A DNA stretch of 64,000 nucleotides, from the NCBI GenBank assembly GCA_964019425.1, contig OZ025783.1, positions 1,364,001-1,428,000 on the forward strand, in the 5' to 3' direction. This stretch comes from Flectonema sp. DT1601. Taxonomy: Eukaryota. Made by a program: the position numbers and the translations under genes. The notes beneath the pieces are model-generated. The model ran no database searches. It saw nothing but the letters and a program-made list of their open reading frames with translations, and had not been told where the DNA came from. Shown here one piece after another: positions 25,754-37,620 of the stretch (position 1 is its first letter; each line of letters begins with the position of its first letter).

Positions 25754-26127
25754 GTGAACGGCAGGACCCTTCAGTCCAGCGTCATGTTGAATTCTTAGAA
25801 GCCTATCAGTCGACTCCAGTGTGGCGCTTTTGTTTTTATTAGTCACTGATGTACCATTTTTTTTTTTTTTTTTTACAAGGCAGTTTTTTTTGAACTGCAG
25901 GACCCCACAGTCTAGCGTTCTAAGCAGCTTGCAAATATGTAGCAACCCGCATGTTTTTTTTTTTCTCCTTTTCTCCTTTTTTTTTTTCTTCCTCGTATCT
26001 AGACTGTGCTTAGTTGACCCGATGCGGGGTGTTACGGTTCAGTTGATGTTTGCGACCTCTGTTGTAGCCTTCTAACATTCCTTAGTGGTTCCATGATAGG
26101 TCAGGTGCAGGACCCTCAGTCTAGCAC
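25754..26127 (+). repeat. Three copies of a conserved hairpin GC-A-GGAC-(CCYWCA/CCTCA)-GTCY-A-GC
   Basis: Copies at 25754-25785, 25892-25920 and 26105-26127, each with a different but complementary lower stem. Confidence 0.7.
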
Positions 26128-26240
26128 GCAAATAAAAATTGCCGTAGCTCCCGCCGTGGTATCAATTCAGTCGGATTTTAGCCACGCTGAATGCGTTTGG
26201 AAAAAAGAGTTTAAAAAAAAAAAAAGGGGAGGGGGGGGGG

Positions 26241-26271
<31 letters not shown>

Positions 26272-29200
26272 ACATCAACATCGTAGGATGATTGCTTCGT
26301 GTCTTTTCCCCTGTTTTCTACATTGTCAAATTACCCCCCGTCATTACTGATCTAGCATCTTTCTAAGCTTCTCGGTTTAACCCCTATGAGTATATTCCTG
26401 TTTCTATAGTCAATTCGTCACCCCGCATTGCTGATTAATTCATTTCATAACATTGCTCCGTGTATCTAGATCATTTATTGCAAATTTTTTTGTATCCCGA
26501 AGTTGAAAGCTGTAGAAGTTATTTTCCTTGTTCTTATGGTGATTTTGTACCAAACAGTGCAAAATACTAAGGCAAGTTGGAGAAAAAAGTGAACGTAGAA
26601 ACGTCAAACTTCCGTTATTTATAACAGATCAAAAAACAGTTTTCTTTTGTAGCTATTGGCAATAGTAGTAGCCCGCAGCAGAATTTCTTCTTCTCTGTCT
26701 TTTTTCTCCCTTTTCGGATACATGTCCGCGTTTAGTAGGTATTATAAGAACAAAAAGAAATGTTGGCAGCACTCGTAAACCTCTTTTAGCTTTATCAGTT
26801 TAAGTCGGTTCACGGATTTGTGCACAAACAAAAACATCCAGTGTTATATTACTGTTTTTCTGTATACTTTACAAGTCAATTCTATCTTTTTTTTTTCCAG
26901 AAAAGCGTAGCGTGCTAGCCATAATACATAGATTTTGGTTTCCCATTTATTCTCTCTCTCTCTCTTGTTTTTTTTCTACTCACGTTTCTTTTCTTTCCTC
27001 GGCTTTCACACAAGTATCCAATTTGAGTTACCTAGTTACGCATTGTTCGTGGTTGGTAGATCCTTTTCCTGTCGCTGATTAGGTCTGCGTCTGCATTCAT
27101 TATGACTATAACAGAATTTAAAAAAAAAAAAAAAAAAAAGACGATTGTTTATTGCCTTCCCTTTTGCTCTTTCCTTCCAACATCCATCACCTTTTTTTGA
27201 CCATGTTAATTTTCCCGTAGTTATGGTCTTGTTGCTCTCGTCTAGTTTAATGCCGTAGAGTAGCTGCGGTATTCTTGTTCGCTCGAAAACAGTCTTTTTA
27301 AAAAGATTTCCTGTATTTCTTTTGTTTATTTATTTTTCCTTTTTTTCCAGAGACGAAACCCCCTCGTGGCGCTGCCTTGTTGTATCAGTCACAGGCAGCG
27401 TCCTCTTTTCTTATTTTGTTTTCCCCTCGAAAGCTATATATTTAAACGTTTTGCTGTTGTAGAAGGGGCCAACTACGCTCGTTCCTTTCATGTGTTTTGT
27501 TAATCTTTTTTTTCATTTTATTTCTTCGGCTTCCAACAGTTTTATTGCAACTTATTCTTCTACGGTGAGTTAGTTTCCTTTTGGTGTCTGTCTACTTACA
27601 GTACCAGTGGAAAAATCAGCTTTTGTTCGCTTAGCAGTCTTTGGCAAATCCATGCTGCTTACTGTGACTCAAAAAAAAAAAAAAAAATAGAAAGAAAGAA
27701 AGAAAGAAAGAAAAAAGAAAGAAAAAAGAGAAAAAAAAAGGTGAAATAAAAAATAAATAAAAAAAATCTTCGGCTTCCAATAATTCAAATTTTATCCTTA
27801 CCGGCGGCTTACTGCTCAAAAGTAGTGACAACATGATTTCTTCGATTCAGTATCATATTTAATCGACAATTTTCGGTTTTTAGTTTTGGGGTACTGGTTT
27901 GGCGACTTATGGCTCTGGTGATGAAGGTTAAACCTTCATTTCAACGTATTCTTTTTTGTGCAGTAGTGCTAGTTAGTTGATTGGTTATATCTTGAGGTTA
28001 GCTTCTACTTACATCCAACTTACCGGAATTCTTTTTTAAAAAAAAAAAAAAGTAAAAAATAAATAAAAAAGATGACATCGTGTGCAGTGATGATATACGA
28101 TAGTCTTTGCTCCCCCCAACGTTCATTTAGCTATGGCGTTTTCTTTTTCTTTTCTTTTCTTTTATTTTTATTTTATTATACGTAATTCAAGGGTTCACGC
28201 TTTGAACCAGTCACTTGTGGTAGGTAGCCTTGTGGTCAAGGCTCATACTAATCCAGTTATGGAGGTCACTTGTCGAAGTAGCCCTTGCATCTCCCTTTTC
28301 TGCCTCTCTCCTTGTTTCCATTTTTTTATTCCAGTACACCGCTAGCTGTCGTTGTGCCGATCCCGTTCCCTCCCTTCGTTATTTCGTTCACGTACGAATA
28401 TACTATGTTGTATTTTCCCCGCGTTTCTTTTCTTTTTTTTTTTCAAGCAGGGATTTATTTTCCTGTCCTTGTAGTTCTTTTGCCTCACAGCGAAAGATGC
28501 CAGCTAGTATTATGTCACAATTTATCTTTTTATCTTTTTTTTTTTTTTTTCCCCCGTTAACAGCCTCTAGCTGTCACCGCTGAAGGTTGGCAACAGGCTG
28601 GTGTCCTTCTCGTGCAGTCACGCTGCTTAAGACTATCATATTAATAACATTCATTCTTCTTCTTCGCATGTTGAAGTTTGGGTGTGACGTGTTCGTTGGG
28701 ATGTCTTGTCCTGAACTGCATTTTTTTTTAATCCAACTAAATACTTATTAACGCTTAAGACCTGGAAAGTATTTCCCAGTTACTTGTGATAAGGTGTGTT
28801 TTCATCCGTCCCCCTTTTTTTTATTCTCTTTTTTTTTTTTTTTTTTTTTTTTTGTTCTCTGGATCACGTTCCTTTACCTGGCCTGCTTTGCAAAGCATCG
28901 GAGATTTATGCTCTGGTGACACCCTGATGACAAAGTCTCTTCCATACAGGAAATTGCTGCATCCTTCCTGCTGGTTCTAATTATTATTATTTCTTTTTTT
29001 TTCTTCTCCCTCTCTATCTCTCTCTGCAAGCAAACCTTCCTGAATCCCTTCCCGTCCCAGTCAACGTAGCAAGATATAAAGTAGAAAATAATTTAGAATA
29101 AAAAAAAAAGAAACGTTTAAAAACTTATTTGCATGTCCCGCTGTTTCGTGTGCGGATTTTCCCTCCCTTTTGGCTAACTATTTTTGCATTAAAAAAAAAA

Positions 29201-29749
29201 AAAAGATATTATTATTTTAATCGAATATGGTACGATTAGAAAAAGGTATTAACTCGAAGACGAAAACGAAGCACTCTTTTTTTTTTGCTTTATGGTGTTG
29301 GTCCTTCCCACTCCCTAAAACTCTTTTCCTACCTGTTCTGACGTAAGCCAAAGATCAGGAGCAGGCATTTTCTGTGGTGAAGAAATTCAAAAAAAAAAAA
29401 AAAAAAAAAAAGGCGGTAGGAAAAAAGTAATTGTTATTGTTAGGTGCGTACTTTGGTTGCCAAGTTAGTGAGGTTATTTTGTTGCCCCGTATCTTTCCTT
29501 GCTTAGCAGAATCACCGATGGTGATATCACATTATCCTGCTGTACGCGGAAACAAGAAAAAAAAAAGAGGGAAAAAAAGCCATTTGGCTTTGTTTTATTT
29601 TTTTATTCTATTTCTTTTTTTTTTTTTTTTCCCCTTTCCTCTCTCTGTTTTATTTATTTATTATTATTTTTTTTTGTACCCCCCATGCTATATTACACGT
29701 AAAAAAACTGCAAACAAAAAGGCAGAAAAAAAACGACTTAAATGTTTCA

Positions 29750-30270
29750 CTTCAGCGCCCAGCTTAAGACTTGATATTCGGTCCTGGTTCTTTATCACTT
29801 TTAGATTAAGGGCTTGCTAACCTGAAGATTTTGGCAACTCCACCTTACCTACATAACGGGAAATCAGCACCTGGGATGCGCGTGTTAGTGGCCTGTATTT
29901 TAGTGCAGGAAACGATTATACACTTCAAAAACAGATTATCTAATGATCTCAGACAGCTGAATCAAAAGATGCCTGTGAAGTTTCGGAAACCCACTTTGCA
30001 CTGCTTCTCGTGTTTTGATGAAGGAGAGCTGCTTCAGCGCCCAGTTGCGATTTTGGTTCGAATAGAGCCAGTCGTGGCTAACCTGAAGTACTTTAGGCTT
30101 AAACATCTTGGTGGAAAATTGCCTCAGATGTGTATTTGTTTTGGTTTTATATTATCGGCATAAAAAAAAAGAAGTGTTCCACGAAAAAAAAAAAAAAAGA
30201 AATTCTCAGCGCCCAGCTGCTATTGTGGTTTGTTGTCGTCGAACCTGCAGTCAGCTAACCTGAAGTTTCT
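29750..30270 (+). repeat. Three copies of a structured element TCAGCGCCCAG-[variable stem-loop]-GCTAACCTGAAG
   Basis: Copies at 29750-29827, 30032-30088 and about 30198-30270. The flanks are conserved and the interiors are unrelated but self-complementary. Confidence 0.75.
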
Positions 30271-33200
30271 CAAAGAAAAAAGAAAAAAAGTAAAAATATA
30301 AAAAACAAAAAACAAAAAAAACAAAAACGATTTGATCATCAATTCACTGAGATATAATTTCTGGTGTGCATTACCAACATTTCGCTGGTCCCTAAATTGT
30401 GTTGACCTGTAGCTTCGCGTTGATGTGCAATTCAAGAAGCTCTATCAAAAAAGAGCCTGCATCGATATCTTAAGGCAATAGATATTTCCATGTTTGCCAC
30501 GAGGCTGTGATCTGTTTTTCTATTTTTATACCAACTCTCCATCCCCCTCGCAGTCTTCTAAGGCGTCGCGGTGAAAATTAAGTGTTTAACCTGTTAGTTG
30601 TTACCACTTATTTTCGGTTCCCTTTTTTTTGTCCGAGACCTTTTTTTTTTTTTTAATGTGACGTGTTTTCAAGTAACATGCCTAGCTTTCTTTATTTTAT
30701 TTTATTTTTTTTCGTTGTTATCTTTGGAATTGGTTTGAAAAGCTTACTTGCACTAAAAATACAAGCAGCATATATTGCCCTTGAGATAAATTCTGATAAA
30801 CGCTGCAATGACAGCTTGAGTTCAATTCTGCTACTAGCATGCTGTTAAAAAAAAAAAAAAGATGAATAAAAAAAAATTAAATAAATAAGTAATAAAAAAA
30901 TAGAAAACAGCAGTACAAGGCACTTGCTATGAAAGGGGAAAGAAAACAAAAGAAAAATAAATAAATAAAAACACCGTTTTATATGGTAACGCTCTAAAAG
31001 CGGAACTTCCTTTCGCTAAGGTAGCACCGCACACAGAATTCTATATATCAGTTTTTTTCCTAATCCCCGTGCAAAGGTGGAGGATAACAAGTGAATAAAA
31101 GCCGCCGTTTCTTCAAGGGAACCGATGCGAAGACTGCTAATTCTTTGTTTTGTTCTGTTTGTGTCTTTTGCACATGAGTTTATTATTTTTGTTTAATTTT
31201 TTTTTTTTTTTTTTTTGAATTTTTTAAAATTTTTTTTCTTGTTATCACTGAGTACCAATTTGACAAGCGGACTGCGTGATGTTATTTTCTTGTACTCTTT
31301 ATTTTTCGTTAAATGGTTTTTTTTTTTTTTAAAACGGGGTGTAAGAGATGACTAAACTAATTATTGGGGCATGGTACGTGGCGATGATTACGCGCCGCTT
31401 CAAATATCAACATGCAAAAAAAAAAAAAAAAAAAAAAAAAAAATGAGAACATTTCTAGTTATTAAATAATACGCTTTGACGAGGCAACCCGAGACACCTG
31501 TTTCTTCTGATTAAGTCAGTCACAGTGGCATGTCATGGAATTTCGCTTCGGTCGGTGTACTTATTACTTGCACGTTTTCGTGCTTTTTTCCCCTTTTTTT
31601 CCCCCAAAAACCCTTATTGCTCTGTAATGAGCATTTTTATTTTATTTTGTGTCAAAACATAACCTCACTCGCAAATACGGGAAAATAAGCACCGATTATT
31701 TATTATTATTATTTTTATTATTTTTTTTTAAAATCCCCCTCTTCCCCCTTTTCTGCGATGAATAAAATAAGCAGCCATAAGATAGTAGTAACATCGGTCT
31801 TTGTTATACAGATAAAATACGATTTATCTTATCATAGTATTATTGCTTACTCCACGGGGGACAAAACCAAAAAAAAAAAAAACGTTCTTTTTCTACCCCA
31901 ACGTAGGGGGGTGAGTGTACCGCTTAGTAGCTTGCAGTATTGTTTTTTATACCTCCCTTGGTTGGTACAATAAATTTAGAAGTAGGGGAAGATATATATA
32001 CGAATGGAGATTTGTTTGTGTAAAAAAGCTATTAGATAAGACTAGCTTTTGCACCAGCGTGACGTATACTGCAACCAATCAACATAAAAAAAGAAATAAA
32101 AATATAAAGTTCAACTTACTGAGGTGCATCCTGTGGCGAGAAGGGGGAAAAAAAAAAAAAAAAACGACAAAACATTATATAAAATCAATGTCTAAGATAT
32201 ATTCGTGGGCAGATTTTTTTATAGCGTTGGATTCCAAACGACATCGTAAAAATAAAAATTTAAAAATATGTTGTGCTTACCTTTAACGAGTATTTTGTGT
32301 GACACCCGCGTTGCGACGGCACAACGTGCGAGTGTTTGTTTCCCCTCATTTATTTTCCCTTTTTCTTAAGCTCTCTTCGCAGTGGGTATGCCACAAGTTT
32401 TTAAAAAGGTGGCTTTAAAAAAGAAAAAAAAAAAAAGACTAATTGAGTGCATAGTCCTACTGGGGACGTCGTAGCCGATTAGTTCTCTTTGCATTTTCTA
32501 TTATTTATAGAAAGCAGCTTGCGATTTTATTGGGAGATGGATATCCGGTTTGCTCTTATAGCTTCTTTTTTTTTTAAAATTCTTTTTTTTTTTTTTCTCT
32601 TTCCTTCTTCACACGGTGTAATTCTTACCTTCCCCATTCTCTCTCCTTAGCAGATATAGTACATGTTTTTTTTTTTTTTTTTTTTCATTTCCTTATTTGT
32701 GCATATATTACTACCAAGTAAGCCCACTGCCTGCTTTGTGCATGTAGTGGGTCTGGGTAGTTACCTCTGGTCAATTTACGTCTCTTCTCGCCTGTGAGAA
32801 TCTCACGGTGAAGTGATGGTAACCCGTGAGCTTCTCCAGAAGTTTGACTTCCCTGACTTAGATAAATAAATAAATTAATAGGCTTGCATCTACACTCTAT
32901 AATTGATGCCAGGGGGTCATGCAAATGAAATTAATTTGGAATGATGCTGTTTTAGGCATCGCTGGTTTATATTCACTATGCAGTAATCTGTATTTTTACA
33001 AAAAAAACTGTTATTTTTTCTACATTTCCGGTGACCAGTTGCGCTCGGAAAACTTTGTCCTCTTTCTTTTCTTTTTTTTCTGTGAGATTTTAGTTTCGGG
33101 CACCAACAAGTAAGTAGGGCACGTTGCATACCTCACCCATAAAATTAAATTATTATCCAATCTGAAGCTAACAATTTAATTTTGATGTTGTTTTAGTTGT

Positions 33201-34642
33201 CTTGACTGACCCCACTGAATTGTAACAAACGCGGCTTTTAAGACAACTATTTCTACAGCAGCGGGGAGGGAATTGACAGACAGATTAAAAACAGTTCCCT
33301 TTTTTTTTTTTTTTTTTTGCTGATTAAGTTAAAGAATTATTTCCATTTCGTATTTTAGTAGTACAGTAGAGAAAGGACGTTGCTTGTTTCGAACCACCCT
33401 TCGATATTGCAGGGGAGGGAACGACAAGTTCTGCCTTGCGCTCATTTTTTTATTTCTTTTCTTTTCTTTTCTTTTTTCTTTTTAAAATAAAAATTCAAAT
33501 TTTGCTCTCTCATCTGTTTTGTCATTTTCTTGCTATGTTTAATGCTCTCAACCTTTTCTTGTGGTTGCAAGTTCCACACAGCTGGGAGCTTTTGCCTAGG
33601 ACTAACTTGTCTACATGCGGCTCCGAGTTGAACGCACGACCAAGTCTTTTCAGATTGTATTGATTGATCACTCTTAAGTTACTTTTTGTTATCAAAATCT
33701 GTTTTATTTATATATGTTTTTAGTTTATACAGAGTGGACAACTGGTGTCTATTCTTTTAACTACGGTTAATGTAATTCCTCACAGAGTTAACAGAGGTTT
33801 TTAGCTGCCCGTGAATCTCTCTCCCTTTATTTCTAGTTGCGATTTTCAGCCTTGTAGCTTCTGTGCTTGGCTTGCTTTTAATAAATACATTTCTTAATGG
33901 GGAGATGGTAGTTCTCGGCTCCTTTATCTGGGATGGAACGGCCTTATTGCGACGAGTAGCTTCATAGCAATAGCGGTTCCAGGTTTACAGTTTTCTTTTT
34001 CCACCTTCTTTTCCCATATTTCCCTCTTACAACAGCTGTAAGGGTAATATTAGCTCTCTTTAATTCAAAAAAAAAAAAAAAAAACATTACTTACGAGAGG
34101 TTCACCCAGAAAATATTGTGACTTATTGAAATTAGTTCTATTATTGTATCGGAAAGTTAGGTTCCACTGGTGATGTGTTTTTATCGCTTGGGACAGCTGT
34201 GTGATTAGAGCCACGTATAACGTAAAGGAATGGCCTTTGGAAAAACTGTGTGGTTTAAAAATGAAACAAATGAGTACTAGTTACTTAACTGTTATAATTC
34301 TCACAGCAAGATCCACAGGTCCGGGAGATGTATCTTCATGACTTCACGAAATACGAAAGGCTTCACAGAGTTTTTGTCTCATTTCAAGCTATCTCTTTTC
34401 GTCTTTTTTTTGACGTGCTTTGTGCGTTCCCTCTCTTTTTTTTTTAAAATAAATTTTATTTTTTATGTAATTCTTTTTTTTTTTTTTTTTAATGTTTAGG
34501 TATACTTTACATTAATCAGCCCAAAGTAGCTCGTGGTACAGTGATACAGACGCAATTAGTATTCAGAATCGATAAATTCGGGGGACGTACTGCAGAGCTT
34601 GTGGGTGTTATTATGAGTATTTCCTTGTATCTTTCACTATAA

Positions 34643-34676
<34 letters not shown>

Positions 34677-36678
34677 AAAATAAACGTACGTGCACATTTT
34701 TCCTCAAGGTACTTTCTTGATGGAAAGTTTTGCTAGAAAAAAAAAGAGAAAAAAAAAAAAACTCCCTGTTATTCTCTCTCCATATCTGCATCCCCAAAGT
34801 TGTTATTTATTTTATTTTACTCACCGTTATGGGAAAAAAAAAAAAAAAAAAAAAAAAAAAAACACGAAGCCCTAGTCACCGTCGAAATAAGGAAAAAGGG
34901 AAAAAAATGGGGGCATTACTGCATTGTTCTAAAACGAAAAAAAAAGATACCCGTAGATAATAGGCGTATGCCCTGTATCGTCAATTTTGACCTCTCATTC
35001 TTCCGAGATATATTGAAGTGTTCGGTATCGGAATTGGCCCAATTTGGTAAAAACAGGGACATCATTGCTGACAGATTTCTTTGTTCATCTCTCTCTCTAT
35101 TTCTCTCTCCCTGCTTTCTTTACAAATCGCAAGCGACGTATTAATGAAGTAGCGTGACATAAGTGAATTGAACATCGTGATGACTCATTCGACGTTCTCT
35201 AACATGTAATTACTCCCCGTCTTTCTCTTCAGGAGTATACCAGCATACCATTCACTCAGAGCGCTTGTGGCTGATAAGCGTCACACTTGTTGCGGAAATC
35301 AACGTAACACTTTATTCTCCCCCCCAAGTCCCCCCTTTTTTTTTCCCCCATCAACTATTTCCGTTTTTCTCACATTTATTGTCGTCGTTAGCTGTCGTTT
35401 AAACATGTTACTGTGGTAACATGGTTTAAGCGTTCACAGTAGCATTTGGTTGGTGTCGTCAATGTCGAATTCATGCATTTAGAGTTTACAATTTCCTTCA
35501 ATACTTTGTTGGGGGAAAAAAAAAAAAAAAAAAAAAAAGAACACAGGGAACAAAAACCACAATTAATATAACCGGAATTTTTAGTATTTTCTGTTCATCA
35601 ACGTTCAAAATGGATTTTGTGTCAATTTTTTTAAATTTTTTTTTTAAATTTTTTTATAAAAACCTACAGCACACAGCCGTTTTTGTTTGTCTTTTTTGGC
35701 ATCGGACGTAGTAAGGACTGCATTTGGGTATTGTTGATCAAGCAATAGCTGCGTAGTCCTCCAGTAGTCTGGCCTCTATTTTGACACATGGCAACAAGCT
35801 ATTTCTAATTTATTACTAATGCGTAGTGTCTGTTCACAACACTCCTAGTCTGAAACAGTCTGCGTGGTGGACGCACAACGGACTTGAGTGTGCAAAAAAT
35901 CTGAATTAAACGATACTCGTTTAAACCGTTCAATGTCAAATATGCGCAAAAAAAAAAAAAAAAAATAGAATAAAGAATAAAAACGCATGATTCGCAGTAC
36001 GAATACTTTACTTTTTTTTATACGACCCTGATGACTTTTGGAATAGTACTATTTTTTCTTCTTCTTCCCCATACTATTTTTTCCCCCTCTCTCTCCTCTT
36101 GTTGGTCTCGTTGATCACTTTATGATTGAAATATGTGCCATGATCCCCCATCCCTCTCTCCCCTTTTGATAAAATCATTCTTCTGTGGAAGTAGATTGTC
36201 ATGTGTTTAAAAAAAAAAAAAAGAAAAAGGGAAAAAGAAAAGAAAATATACATATGCATACGTACGATTAGTGAACGAAGGACTGCGTGCCCAACAGAGC
36301 CTTTTTTTACGATTATAGTATGTTCTTGTCAATGGGTGGAGCCGTGATTCTTCGTTTTGGAACGAATTTTTTTGAGGTTGTCTGAACTGAAAATTACTGA
36401 AGCAACAAAAAAAAAAAAAAAAAAAGAATGGTACTATTTTCACAGTTATAAAGATTTACGATAATATCCTTGTTGGTTCTCTGTAACATTCGATTGATTC
36501 TTTATCGCAGCACATGATTTCTAGAAAAATAAAATAAAAACGATAAAAGAGTTGTGTTGCTGTTAATGGGTTCCAAGTCTTGGTAAGAGACTACCAACAA
36601 GCATTTGTATAGATTACTGACGGTACGGTTGCAACAGTCGTCCATAAGATTCAGTTTTCTTGAAAATATAAGCATTTC

Positions 36679-36714
<36 letters not shown>

Positions 36715-37620
36715 CCCCCATGTTCGCTCCCACACCCCTTCAATCGCTCTCTTTTAACGTATGCAGTAATTTTTCTCATCTTTCGTTGGGTAGCACTACC
36801 TTATGTAAACCTTCAAGTAAATGAAAAGAATCCACTCAAAGCAAAGGAATGGAAAATGATAGTAACTCTGTATGCAGCGAAACAGAAAGGGGGATCCTAT
36901 CCTCAGTTTAGTCAACGAGAGAAGAGAACAAAAGAATTACTAAAAAGTTATTTCTCTAGAATGCCATGCTCTCTCGAAGGCTGCTCATCCTGTCTTGCAA
37001 AAAAAAAAAAGGAAAAAAAAAAGAAGAACTCCATTTCACTTGGTTACTTATTTAACAATCGCTGGTTGAACTGCTGGATTCAGTTCTGTGGGTGATTCGG
37101 TTTCTATGTTTTTAATCATTCTTTTCTCACAGTAGTCCTAAGAAAGCGCACCTCATCGCATAAAAAGGACTTCACATATTTTTTTTTCCCTCTCTCTCTC
37201 CCCTCATTCCCTCCCTGCTCATTTCTAGCTTATTGAAAACAAAAAAATGAAATGAAGGTAAAAAGAAAACAATAAAAAAAAAAAAGAAAAAAAGAAAAAA
37301 GAGCACAAACAAACAAAAAAAAGAGAACGAAAGAAAACAAACCGAAACCCTTCCGCAATCATGTTATAGTGAAAGCGATAGCCGCTGGTTGCTTCCTTTG
37401 GCTTACGAGCATCTGATTCCCAATGCAGCTATTCCTTTTTTTTTCTTTTTCTTTCATTTTTTTTCATTCACTTCTTTCCTTTTTATGAAGTGAATTTAGT
37501 TTTTTTTTTGCACAAAATTGGGAAAAGAAGAACCAATTGTTCAATCCAGATTCTTTCCTATATATAAAAATTACAATTTAACTACAGAAATCATCAAAGC
37601 ACACAATATGGTTACACAAC

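Noticed and set aside
29750..30270. CRISPR array or H/ACA (AGA-box) snoRNA reading of the three-copy motif
   Set aside because: The spacing is irregular, there are no cas genes and the context is eukaryotic. An AGA box is not conserved at a consistent distance from the loop, so a snoRNA call is unsupported, though not excluded.
35177..35275. TGATGA...CTGA pair resembling a C/D snoRNA
   Set aside because: No clear terminal stem or recognisable rRNA-complementary guide; such boxes are expected by chance.
22200..37100. Dozens of short ORFs rich in F or K
   Set aside because: They are translations of poly-T and poly-A runs with no protein-like composition.
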